A stretch of DNA of 64,000 bases from Paragordius varius (GCA_964247055.1 OZ176054.1:3596001-3660000); one strand, 5' to 3'. Numbered from the stretch's first letter, positions 37,225 to 50,731 are shown. The notes: generated by a model from the letters alone, not told the origin. Numbers and translations are program-made.

Positions 37225-40200
37225 TAAGGTGATCAGACGTCCCGCTTTTGGCGGGACAGTCCCGCTTCGTTTTTAAAATGTCCCGCTTTTTCACGATTAT
37301 ATAAAAAAAAAATTTTTTTAATATAAATAAAACATTTTTATCCGTTTAAATTTTTTATCATTAAATATCTTTAAAATCTATATAAATTTTAAATTAAAAA
37401 TTTTTATTTTTAAATTAAAAATCATATGATTATACACTTTCCTTCCTACTACTACTGTCATTATTATCAAAAAGCCAAGTTAATACCACAAATCTCTAGA
37501 TTAAAAGACAAATTAATACCACAAATCGGTACCTTACAGATTTATTCCAGAAAATTAAGGTAATATAATATTTATTATACTAATATTTTAGTTTTATTAC
37601 TTGCCAACATTATTAAAAATCCAAATTAATACCACAAATCGGTAGCTTAAAAGACAAATTGATACCACAAATCGGTACCTTACACGTTTATTCCAGAAAA
37701 TTAAGGTAATACAATATTTATTATACTAATAGTAGTTTATAAATATGAGCACAAAAAGAGGTTGTAAATTCAACGATGAATTAATGAAAGATTTTCCTTT
37801 TGTTAAAAAAACAAAGAATGAATAATCTGTTAAATGTTTTATATGCGAGGGGGAATTCACCCTAGCACATGGCGGCAAGCATGATTTTACAAAGCATATG
37901 TAAACACAGAAACATTAAAAATGTTTATATGGCGGCATCATCTTAGAAAATGAGCGATTTTTTCGAAAAACCGCTTTTGGAGAGGAAGAAAAGAATTGGC
38001 ACTAGCTGAGGGCGTGTTATCTTTTCACGCCGTTAATCACAATCATTCCTTTAGATCTATGAACTGTACCTCACAGGTTATTCGCACGTTATTCCATAAA
38101 AAATTTACATGTGCCCGTACAAAGGCTGAAGCCATTGTGTGCAATGTCTTTTCGCCACATGCATTTATGAAATACAAAAAGATTTGCTAAAAATTAATTT
38201 CCTATCCCTATAATCTGATGCATCAAATCACCATGAAACAAAATTATTTCCCACTTTAATAAGATATTTGGATTCAGAAACGGGAGTAAAAATTAAAATT
38301 TTAGATTTAATTTCTCTACCCGGTAAAAATTCCGAAATAATAATTACATCAATATTGCATATTCTAGAAAAAAATAGTTTAAAAGACAAAATTATCGCAT
38401 ATTGCGCTGACAACACCAATACACAAAAAATATTTTTCATAAATTAACAGATAATCTTCATCAAAACATTATTGGCATTGGGTGTGCAGCGCATATAATA
38501 CACAACGCTATTCAAACAGCTCCTGATTTGTTACCCCTAGATGTGGAAAATGTAGTTGTTAAAATATATTCCTATTTTTATATATACACGGTACGTGTTG
38601 AAACGCTTAAAGAATTCGGTGTAAATGCAGAAGTTCAATATCAAAAATTGCTTGGATATTGTAAAACTCGTTGGTTAGCTTTATGCCAGCTATCGAAAGA
38701 ATTTCAAAAATCTAGGATCCTTTAAAATCTTTTTTTTTATCACAGGACAAATGTCCTCTAACTTTAAAAAAGTTTTTTGAAAGTGATCCTTCAAAAATAT
38801 GGTTAGAATTCTTACATAATCAAGCTTCTCTCTTTCAAAATGTTATTAAATTTATAGAAGGTGACAAAATTTCGGCAATCGAAATTGCCAATGAAGTTAG
38901 TAACCTAAAATTCCAATGTCAAGAACGGTTAGAAAATAATTTTATACCATTAACCATCCGCAATATAATAAATAATTTAGAAAAACAAGGCTTAATAAAT
39001 AGACAAGATATCCTGTACCATATAAAAATGTTTTATACAAACTGTAAAGATTATTTGGAAGACTGGACGACGCAATTCAATGAAATTGATCAGTTTCATT
39101 GGATAACATTAAAATCAGAATTTAATTGGTGCGATGTTCAAAAATCATTTGATTATATCTGCTCCCAAAAATTCTCAAAAAGTAATCTTTCAGAAAATGA
39201 TCTTTTATCTGAAGTATCATTAATTAAAAGATATATTAATAATGAAAAACTTAAATTATGGACAAAAGAATATACAGTAGAAAAGAAATGGTTGGATATA
39301 TTTCATCATTTTGAAGCATACTATATTACATACAATAATATTTTTAAAATTATGAAATTCGCACTATCTTTACCTGGAACCAACGCTGCTACTGAGCGCG
39401 TTTTATCCACAGTGAATCAGGTGTGGACATCGGAAAAATCAAATTTAAATGTTGAAACTTTAAAGGCCGTTTTATCTGTCAAATATAATTTGATAAATTC
39501 TTGCGAAGACTTCTACAATATTTTAAAAAATGATGACAATCTGCTAAAACGCATTCACTCAAACAAAAAATATAACAAAGAATAAAATATTTTCTTTAAA
39601 GTTTTTGTGTTAAAAATCAACAAAATTACTTAAAATATTGTATAAGTCTTCATAATTTGTCAAATTATATTTTAACACATAAAATGGCCTTTATTCAACA
39701 TTTAAGTTTGATTCCGTGTCCTTACTTAATTTACTGTGGAAAAACGCGTTCAATAGCAGTGGTTCAGGTAAAGATAATGCAAATTCTACAATTAAATATT
39801 ATTGTATGGAACATAATTTGTAAATGATTATTTTAACCATTTCTATCCTACATATTTTTTTCTGTTGTCCATAATATAAGTTTTCATTCAATATATTTAT
39901 TTAATAATGAGACTTCATAAAAAAGTGTCATTGTGCACCGTCTTGTCTTCCAAATAATCGTTTCTGTTTGTATAAAACATTTTTATATTCTGGCTATTCA
40001 TTGAGCCTTGTTTTTCTGGATGCTTTATAATATTGCGATTAGGTAATGGTATAAAATTATTTTCTAAACTTTTTTGACTTGAATTTTGACCTTTGTCCTG
40101 TGATAAAAAATAGGATTCTAGGAGATCACATTTTTATAAATATTTCAATCGCTGGCAAAAGAGCTAACCAACAGTTCTACAATATCCAAGCATTTTAACA

Positions 40201-40580
40201 TCTATATTTTCCACATCCAGGGGTAACAAATCAGTATCTGCCAATAATGTTTTGATTAAGATTATTCGCTAAATTGTTAAAAATATTTTTTGTGCCGCTT
40301 CTTGCATCACCCAGCGCACTTTGTGATGATTTCGTCTTTATTATTTTTTTCTAGAATATTACAATCACTTCACCTTTTGTTCGTGCACATGTAAATTTAT
40401 TGAATAAGGTACAAATACCCTGTGAGGTACAAATTTTTTTATATTTATAATGTATTTATGTTAAAAATAAATAAATATTACAATAAATTTTTTGTATAAA
40501 AATTTTTAGTTGTACCCCCCAATGACCCCCCCTTTCTCAGATTTGTCCCGCTTTTTCCTTCAAAAAATCTGGTCACCTTA
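37225..40580 (+). mobile_element. Defective hAT transposon (Blackjack-like ends) with an internal inverted transposase copy
   Basis: TIR TAAGGTGA(T/C)CAGA at both ends, subterminal GTCCCG/CGGGAC motifs, and a perfect 8-bp TSD CCCATATA (37217-37224 and 40581-40588). Transposase remnants KKFTCARTKAEAIV, KLLGYCKTRWLAL and LSLPGTNAATERVLS...WTSEKSNL (37745-39585) carry frameshifts and stops. There is an internal direct duplication at about 37480-37600 / 37625-37735. Confidence 0.92.
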
Positions 40581-41147
40581 CCCATATAGCATAGAGCTTC
40601 AGAGCGGGGAACATAAAATCATATTATCATATTTCAGCATGTTCACAAAATATTGCATTCGAAAATACACCATCCATAACAAAAGTTACCAAAACTTTGG
40701 GCATTCAGCAATAACTCCACCCATACAAAAAACACTTATGTTGATCTTCATGTTTTCCTTGGCGTCTTCTACTCTATTTGTTAGTCCAGATGTATGGGCA
40801 ACCTCTTTAGTTACATTTGCTGGCAAATCCATTGATCAAATTAAATCCAAATTCGAATAAAAGCTGAAAAAAATTAATTTATGTTGCCATATATCAACAT
40901 GTGATACCTTGATTTCACCATGACAGCTTTAGAGGACTAAAAAAATATCAGTCTTTAATAAATATATATTTATATATAATAAATTTATTTTCCTTAAATA
41001 TGATAGTCATATAAAACTCTATCATATTATTTTTTGATGATTTTGATTGTTTGTATTCATTTTATAATATCCGTTTAATTTAGTTAAAGATGACCTTTTA
41101 CTTTTATATGTAATTTATATATTAATACTTTGGCGATCATCACCACA

Positions 41148-41219
41148 AGCAGAGTGGCGCAGTGGAAGCGTGCTGGGCCCATAACCCAGAGGTCGGTAGA
41201 TCGAAACTACTCTCTGCTA
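41148..41219 (+). tRNA. Initiator tRNA-Met (CAT)
   Basis: AGCAGAGTGGCGCAGTGGAAGCGTGCTGGGCCCATAACCCAGAGGTCGGTAGATCGAAACTACTCTCTGCTA: A1-U72 pair, GGG/CCC anticodon stem, ATCGAAA T-loop, followed by an oligo-T Pol III terminator. Confidence 0.97.
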
Positions 41220-41361
41220 ATTTTTTTGTTTTTATAAATTTATACAATTATACCTCTGGTTTTTTATTTTTAATTATTTATATTTCAATTGACATATATA
41301 TTAGTTGACATCATCGGCTTAATATTATTTTTGTACTAATGAAATTTACTCACAATTACTT

Positions 41362-42350
41362 GGCTTTGTAAATTCTTTCCGGACAACCGGTAGATCCATA
41401 TAAATCCAAATTTTTTAAATAGGCCCTCAGTTCAGGTCCACCCCGTGTAAAAACAGTTTTTTTAAAAAACAAAAGTCACAAAACTCGTGTCTTTGAGACA
41501 ATTTTCCGGAAAACATCTTGGACCATTTCAAATATGATTATCTTTTTTTTCGATTGGTGCCGAATATAGTCGGCTCGCTTTTTTAATTTAGGCCCTCTTT
41601 TTACCCGCCCCCGTAAAATGCCATGTCCACAAAAATAATTTTTTGAGTCTGTTTTTCCAAGGTAAGAGACCGTAAAAGATCAATGAGGATTCCAGTTGTT
41701 CCCTGTTAAAAGGCAAAAAATTTAGTGCGTTTTTTTATATTGGCTCCTGGGTATACCCGCTAAAAACTGCCCCGTCATATGAAATAGCGTGCCTTTGGGG
41801 CTAAATTTCAGAAACCTATCAGGCCATATGAGTTATATAGATGCTTAGAATATAACCCGTAACAAGGCAAAAATTTATTTGCGGTTTTTTTAAAAATAAA
41901 CCGTTTAGGCCCTTCACACCCTGAAAAATGTGCCACCATAGAATAGTTTTACAGTTTTGAGGAAATTTTCCAAAAACTAATGAGAGCATATGAAATCAAT
42001 CATCACTCCAGGTATTTTCCGTAAAAATGCAAAAATTTTAATTAAGCCCTTTTTGTATCAGCTTCTGCGGGAACCCGCCTAAAACTGCGCCACTATATTG
42101 AAACTGCGTTGTTTAGGAATTATATTTCAAACTTATCAGGCCATATTAAGGGCCTAAAATATTACCCGTAGAAAGGCAAAAATATAAGTCGATAGCCGCT
42201 AATTAGGCCCTTGCCCTAAAAATGCGCCACCTAAAATGACTTTTTGGTTTTGAGGCAATTTTTGAAAAATCCTACGAGAGCATATGGACAATCATGATTA
42301 CAGGTTTTACCCTAATTAATGAAAACATTTTAATCGAGCCTTTTTTTATT
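41362..42350 (-). repeat. Inverted copy of the 479-bp repeat (41362 to about 41790) followed by two more diverged related units
   Basis: GTGTCTTTGAGACAATTTTCCGGA and TTTTTTAATTTAGGCCCTCTTTTTACCCGC are reverse complements of blocks in 35343-36166. Confidence 0.85.
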
Positions 42351-42704
42351 TCCCCCCTTAATACAATAAAAAAATATTTGGCTTTTATTAATATTTTGTA
42401 ATATTGATTCTCAGAGGAAATTTCATTTTGCCTATATATACCGTCCTTATCGTTCCCATTTAAACCCTTTGTAATACCGTTGTGCAGACCAGGAAGATTT
42501 CAGGACAGAACCCCCCCCCCCCTCCACCCCAAAAAAAGTCTAAAGGGTGATTTACGCTAGTTGATATTAAAAAATTTATATTAAAATTATCAGTTATAAA
42601 AGTTTTTAAGTTTAATGCTAAAAAAATATATGGATTATATCCGTTATTATATTATTATATAAATTCGGTTCAAAATGTTATATTAAAAGAAAATAGAGAT
42701 TTTT

Positions 42705-42742
<38 letters not shown>

Positions 42743-43198
42743 AATAAAAAAACAATACCTATGTTTATATTATTATATGATTAGCCAATATTAAATCTGA
42801 AACAATAACATTCATGATTATGAGTATTTGAATAGGATTATATTAACCGTAAAAATAAATTATATTTTAATAAGACAGATAATGTTTTGGGCAAAATTAA
42901 TCCACAGTTCTTTTACGAACAATTCTTGCTTATAGTTATTTATTAATGAAAAATTTGTTGTGATGGTCCTCGTTTTAGGAACTATGCTTAAGCAAAACAC
43001 TTAAGTTGATTTATACTCGTTTATTAATGGATTTAAATAAATAAATTCTGTTTGTGCACAAAAGTTATATGGTCGTGACAGGTTTGTAATCTGTAAAATT
43101 TAATATTTTCCCAGTCAAAACTTCTTTTTATACCAAAATCTTTAAAAATTAGAGTTTTATTAAGCAGACGACTAAATAATAATCGTCTGCTTCTACTA

Positions 43199-46100
43199 AT
43201 GATTCAACTCGAAAGTTCTTAATACTTATATTTATCTAGATCTTATTGGAATTTTGCAATCCAATGAAGGGAATGATTGTTTTATCGAAGAAGCGATGGA
43301 TATGGTTAAGGAGATTATTCAAAATATTATGCATTCAGATTATTTAATTGATCCAAATAACAATGTTTATTTATAATATATATTTTTAGGAAATCATTCA
43401 AAAGGTAGCGGAATTATGGAACACTATATTATACAAAATTAAAATAAAAATTTCTTGTGAGACAATTATAAATTGTATAATTATTAATAATTAACAGTAA
43501 AAATTATTTGTTTTAAAATTGTTGCGAAAATTTTGGAAACCACGAAAGAATCGATGATATACAAAAATTTATTAAAAGTTTTGATTTGATTACTTTTAGA
43601 TTATCACAAATATAATACAGCAAAGTCGAGACATAAATAATGAAATAATGGTCGACTTGATAAGTACTTCCGTGATGGTATTAATAGTCCTAATAAAAGC
43701 ACATAAATAATTATTTGAAGTGGTTAGAGTCATCGGGTCAAATAAAAATTAATAAAGGTGTAGAAAATGAATATATAACTGTATCCAAGGCATTTTTAAA
43801 AATATTGGTGTGCAAAGCGGAATTGGTTTTATTTATTCTATTTTTTAGGATTTTTCTGCGGATCGATTTCAAGAATCCAGAGATTGTCTTATATTTTTGG
43901 AGGAAAGACTAAAAAATATTCCATCAAGGGTAAAATATATTTGGAATATAGCATAAAATATTAGCTAGGCTCGCCTATAATTTTGCAGTTGATACCTACA
44001 ATAAAGGGGAAAAGGATTGGAATCAATGTTGTGAATGGGCTAAATTGGCCTACGGGTTTTGTAATAAAACTTCCGATTGTGAAAATGAATTCAAGGTAAG
44101 TGTACTAATTGTAAAACAAAGGGTAAAATTTTATACTTACATGCCCAAACACTGTTGGATTGGAATGGGATTGAAAACCATAAAACTGCTATCGAACTTA
44201 TAGAACTTGGATTAGATCATTGGCCAATTAATCATGGTACAATTTTGTTGTCTATTTAGGTTATGTGTTAAAAATTAAAAGTTTGCTTATTGGTGGTGCC
44301 GAAGACTACTTAATCAAAAAATCCATTGAAAATATGGAATTTCTCAAGAATATTCCTAATTTAACGCATAAAGAATCAATTAATATGGAACTTATTTCTG
44401 AAAGTCACATTGCAATTTGCCATATACTCAATGAACTCATATCATTTGAACGGTTTAAAATTGCTATGGATGTGTGTAACAATCTTTTGGTTGTATACGA
44501 ATGTTTACCCGACATAAATATGATTTCTGAAATAAAATTATATATTTTTGAATTATATATAAAATCCAACCAAGAATATAAAGTAAAACCGTATTTTGAA
44601 TATTTTTTAAACGGTAAAATTACTTAAAATTGGTAGATGGTATCTTGGAAAAGTTAAATTCATCAAATGTCGAAAAAGTAAAAATAATATTATGGAATCA
44701 GGCTTGTTTGCATTATGAAGTACTGAAATTTTATGTTTACATTAGAATGAATGGTACGAAAAAAGTTTTCAATTTTATCAGATGGTCCTTAAACTGTATG
44801 AAAAAAATCCACCAAATGAAAAAGAGGAAGTGTCTTCCGTTTTAAGAAATATGGTTCAATGCCAAATTAACTTAAATAAAAACGAAGAAGTAATTTATAT
44901 GAAATAACTAAATAATGTAATCCATATGGAATTTTGGGATTTCAAGAAACAAAAATCCTGGTTTTATTTTAACTTTTTTGGTTAACAAGGAGTCAAACAT
45001 GTAATATAATAGGTTACAAATATTATAAAAGTGTTGATTGAGCGATAAAATAATTTTATGTATAGAAATTGTTGTAAAAGGGATAAAATGGATAAACTGA
45101 ATGTTTATTAAAGGATTTAAATTTATATTCATTATTCCAAAAATTCAGCGCTTAAACTTTGAATAATGCTCAATCGATCAGTTGATGTTTATATTTTTTT
45201 TCCATAATAAAATATTATAATGGCGATTGGTTGAGTTTGTGTTCTTGCTCGGGTGCTTACTATCACTCCGCGTAGTAATTTTTTTTAGGACGTTTGAAAT
45301 TATATGTCAAACAATTTATCATAATTAATATTGATTCCAAATATTAAAATATTTAGGGGTGGAAATTATTGACTGATATGTCTGTCAAGTATGAAAACTT
45401 TGATATAAATTGTGACGATAATGATAAGCAAACTTTAAGCCTGAAAACCGCTTATTTATATTTCAAATTATCCGTGTTAATGAAAAATTATCAGGCCACG
45501 CACAAAATTTTAAAAATTATTCTGGACATGCACAATAATAGTGAAATGTTTACCGCAAATTCTACCGACGAATTCAACATTATAATATGTGCCATGACAC
45601 AACTGGCTTTTGACGTAATATTTATACTTGATAAGATTGTGGCTAAATTTTTACAAAATCAATTGAATAATCATTGCTTTTTATTAATTTATTTCTTTAA
45701 TAAAAAGTTAATTAATTTATTTTAATGCTAAGGCGATCTATAAATTATCCCATTGACATTTTAAGTTTACTCCTGAAACTTCTAAATTCCCCCTCACCTT
45801 AATACTACTTCATTTTATATTTAACCTAAAGATAAATTATGTTCCTTGGCTAAAAAATGACAATTTACATTCACTCTAGTTTATTAATTACATTTTCTTT
45901 TAATATTAAATTAATTGCTAGTCACCTGTCGTGGTGAGTATGAAACGATCTTATTCAGGTCTTTCTTATGATAGGCACAACGTAAAAAAATATGAATGGC
46001 CATAATTAAATTCGATTAGAGCTACACTTTTCTGGATATTGTTTATAGTGAAGCGCTTACATAGGCTGACCTCAAACTAGGATTTAATTTAAAAGTGGCT

Positions 46101-49100
46101 TTAAAAATGCTTTTTCTTTTGCGGTAACACTAATTTTATATGGGCATACCGACTAAAGCAAAATTGTGATCGGCGCCTTACTACATAAATATAATATAAA
46201 TTATTAGATTTAAATGTACCTTCCCATTTTCAAAAGATGATTAAAGGGGCTTACAGGTTTTCCTCTAATCATTCATTTAATTTTTATATTTTTATAGATA
46301 AATAAAAATTGTTTAATGAAAATTCATAATATCGATTTAATATAGTTTGTACGGAATATATCAACTAATTTAATATTTTTAACGGAAACCTTCTAAAAAC
46401 TATAATGGAAAATAAAAAAATAAATTAACCATAAAAGAGATTCGTTTCCAAATTCAACAATATAAAATATATCTTTAGAGTGGAATAAAGAATATGAACT
46501 TGAAGTATTCAAGGATCAATTTTTTATAAGATTGAATTTAAAGTGTTTAGGGGTGAAATTAAAATAAATGGCGATTCAAATATTGAAATGTTTAGGAATA
46601 ATATAAAGTATTTTATGGTAAACGTGAGTTATAAAACCTAAATTTATTTTTAGATATTAAGTTTATTTACGGAATATTTTATGATTTTTTAACGGTTTAA
46701 TTTGTGGTAGAAATGCGAAAAAGACATAATAATAGAATGTTTGCACATCATGGTTCAAAATTGTACGGAGCCGGTGTGCTTGATTCAAGGATTAAAATGC
46801 TTAATCAGGTAAAAATTATATTTATAATCAAATTTATTCTTTTATATGTACTGCTTTAATTTTGATAAAAAATCTATAATTTTATGACTTGAACCAGGTT
46901 AGGTGACTATGAAATAAATATGCGGTCATTACAAAACGACAGCTGTTGAAATCTGAACAATAAAACCTATTTTTATAGGAAAAACATTTAATCAATACTC
47001 TAATTTTATATTCTTATTGAATTTTGGGTTGCTAATATTAATAATATTAACTGTAAAATATCCCATATTACATATAGACCAATAAAAATTTGCACATCAA
47101 ATATGTTAAAATGTAACATGTGGTCAGGAGTCTGACCGAATTTTTACAAATGCCAGCTTAAACTATAAATTTTACCGATGCCGCCATAAGTTATCCTACA
47201 GTTATTATTTATCCTGACTGATGTGTTGCTATCTCTTAATGCATTGTTGAAATTTTATTTTTTTTCACCACAAATTAGTTTTTTTTTCATTGATTATTTT
47301 ATTGCAAAAATCCCTTTTTAATTATTTTTAATTTAAAAAAATTAGTACAATTAACCTCATTTGGTGGGTTATAATCTTGTTGGTTTTTGTGTCTTTATAC
47401 GCAAATAATGACTCTAAATAATAAACGATTTTTATCATTTTTTACCTAAACTATAAATATTATATCAGAGATATAAAGGTTCTTTTTAAATATGTCACTG
47501 TTAAATTTGATGATAGTATTATAATAAAAATTTTTTCATGGAAGATTAATTTGATTGCCTCACAATGTATTTTTATAAAAGTTTTAGTCTCCAATAATCG
47601 TTTTTTGCATTTTTTTGAATCGCATAAAGTTTAAGCGTGCTAACCATTTTTTTTAACTACTATTAGTTTTCGATATTTCTGATTTAAAAATATAACTTTT
47701 TAGTGAATTTTGTTGTGTTCTTGTGTTTCTTACAAAAATAGGTTTGAATGTGTATAAAAATCATCATATAATTCTATTTAGTTTGTTGTATGAAAACAAA
47801 AGTGAAAAAACCATTTCAATGATGGATCTATTGAAAAAAGGCTATCAAGTTTTGCAAGACTTGTCAAAAGAATCCCAAACCAAAGAAACAAAAAATACCG
47901 ATGAAAAAGATGACAACGTACAATATTTAGTAGAATCTTCCAGTGAATGGTTCTCCTCAATAAGTTTGATTAATACTTTTATCGTTAGGTTGGAATTTAG
48001 GATTAGATAATAATAATAATGGTACAATTAAAAATTACCATTTCCAATTATTCGAATTATCATATAAGGTAAAAATATTTTTACAACAATATTATAGTTT
48101 TGTGAATTAATAAAAGATCCCAAAATATTAAATGAATCAAACATAGAAATGCGAAAATTACAATGTCTTCTTCAGTTATGCACACTACCCAAAAACAAGC
48201 TCATTAAAATAATAAACGATGAGGGCTTATCAGTCCTAAACAACAATGAAACATGTACCAGTAAAGGTTTTATTTTTTTATTTGCTCTGATAGCTGTGAC
48301 CTGTCACGAGTCACTATTAATTAATTGAAATGATTATTTGTGAATTGGCTTGATAAAATATTTTTTTTAAAAAACAAACTGATGTTATGAATAAACAGGT
48401 GCAAGTTTATATCTAGCATACCTCAGTATTCAGAATGTCCTCATCCGAACGTTCGTAGTTTTTTAATTTTGACTATATAGAGCTATCAAATTTAATTGAT
48501 CATATTAAAGCAGTCCTTTTTAAAATATTTATAATCAAGTACCAGATTAACCTTTAAAATAATTTATTTTTATAGCACATTTTTAATATTACCAAGTGTG
48601 AGGTTGTTATGGACAAATTAAAGAAAATTGACAACCTGCAATAAAGAAACAATTTGCCATAGAACCTACATCTTTTCCGGAAAATTGCTTCAGATGTATA
48701 TTTCTTGCCGAGAAATATTTAAAATAAGTTGGGTATCACCTAAGCCTGTCAAAAGTAATCGACTATAATCTTCGCCTTTATAAGAGGACCAAGGACCTAT
48801 TAATGTCTCAAACATTTTCCGAAAAATTGCCTTAAAGAACACAAAAATTTTGAGGCATTGTTTTTTGAGAAAAAGGCTAATTTTACAGGGGTTGGGCTTA
48901 ATCAAGGCACTAAATAAAAAAGGTCAAAGGAATGAGAAATATCCATTATCTAATACTGTCCATCATTTTCCATGATATTGTTTGAAAGAAAAAATTGTAC
49001 CATATATATTTTGTGATAAGAATGTAAAATATTTCAATGTAGGTATAAGTATCCCTAAAAAATAGAATATTGTGTTTAAAACAAAATTTATTTTGTTTTT

Positions 49101-50731
49101 CATTCCCTAAAATATAAACCTTCATGAATCCAAATATTTAATTTATATTTACCACATAGGAAGGTATATAATGGATCAATCATTGGAATATATTAGCAAA
49201 ATAAAATCGCACCTGCAAAATTATGATTTGCAGGGTATGGATGGTATGACGAAATCAGAAATTTTACCAATCATCTTTTGTGCCCTTATCGTTGAAGTTG
49301 AATTATATGCTTGTCAAATGAACGAAACAGAATTGTCGCGATTATTGCAAGAAGTCCTGTTAGTCACACAACAAAATGGGATAAATGCGGATGTAGATGT
49401 TATACTTTTTATGGAAAATATTTTCAGTAAGATATCAATTAACACTGCATTACATATTTAGAATTTTATGTAAAAGTATTACAGATAATTTTGGATGAGG
49501 CAATTAAACGTTTAAAATCGTATATTTTAAATGCTTTTCTGATAAAATATATCCTCATTTAAATTTATATATTTTACAAGAAAAACTATTTTGGTTTTAT
49601 TTTCGACTTCTACGATTCGAAAGGCCTGATTTTTTATTATAATATTCAGCCTTTAAATAGTTGTTAAGATCGCAGCTTTTTATTTCAATCAAATCTCTTC
49701 GGTAAAATTAACATAGGTAAATATAATATTGTATTTATATATATTTATTCATGCAAAAGCAATATTATCTGAACGATGTCCCTATCATCAAACATTAATT
49801 CAACGTTGTTTCGAACATGGATGTCTTTTATTGGACAAGCATAAATATATGGACGCCAATACATATTTGTAAATATTATTACAATTATAATAAAAAAAAT
49901 TTATCATAAAATTCAAAAATTGATTATGATAATAATCCAACAGTTCTTATAATTTGAATAGATTGCATACCAAAACAAATATAGCAGTAGTGCTCAATAA
50001 AATTTTGCTGTTTAATTTTTAAATTTTATTTACATCTTCTCATTGCATCGATATAATTATACTATCTATAAATTTCGAAGTAAAAATGGTTCCGGTTCCA
50101 AATCATGAAGTTATATATTTATATATCGTAAATAATTTTGTAATATTTGGGTATTGTGCTTTTATATCCAATAATATTTTTATTTTTCAGATATTGGTAC
50201 ACTGTAGCTATAAAGGTGCTTTTTGATAATATTAATACGCATGAAATGATAGAGATTTGGAGAAAAATGGACATTGAAATAATGGACGTGAATATAAATT
50301 TTCAGAAAAGTACGAAACTTCAAGTACTATATGGGGATTTGTGTGGAAAACTCAAACAGATTTCCCGAACTCAATCAAACATGTCACCTTCTCTCAACGT
50401 AAATCAGCAGTATTTGCTTTGGTTAATTAGTAAATGTTGGAATATGGGAATCCATTTTATTAACAATATTAACCCACAGAACAAAAACTTTCAGAATTTG
50501 GCTAGAAAGAAATGGGTCCTTTCATGGTTGGATACAGGCATCGAGCTACTTAATTATTATAATGATTCAAACGCCTGTGAAAAAAATATTGTTAATATGG
50601 ATATAATTGAAAATCCTATAAGCAATGATATAAACTTTGGCGACAATGAAAGTGTTGCTTTGCCCATACTGATTAAAAAGCACTATAAGGAAATTATAAC
50701 GGAATATTTTGATGAGATTGTTGGATGTTAA
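43199..50731 (+). CDS. TEX11: Testis-expressed protein 11 / ZIP4/SPO22 meiotic TPR protein
   Basis: Exons: 43199-43214, 43240-43364, 43390-43474, 43498-43577, 43600-43677, 43721-43825, 43849-43929, 43952-44095, 44122-44236, 44260-44613, 44637-44719, 44746-44889, 45357-45614, 46711-46808, 47782-47963, 47989-48068, 48098-48266, 49160-49426, 49462 to about 49519, uncertain exon(s) to 49868, then 50191-50731. Motifs resembling TEX11: AELWN, LAYNFAVDTY...WAKLAY, ILWNQA...FYQMVLKLY...VLRNMVQCQINL, LKCLI, EWFSSISWNLG...LFELSYK, YLLWLISKCWNMG. Confidence 0.8.

Noticed and set aside
45615-45635. Additional 21-nt TEX11 intron
   Set aside because: The GT at 45615 joins better to the exon at 46711, which restores the TEX11-like helix; read-through beyond 45635 gives non-homologous, intron-like sequence.
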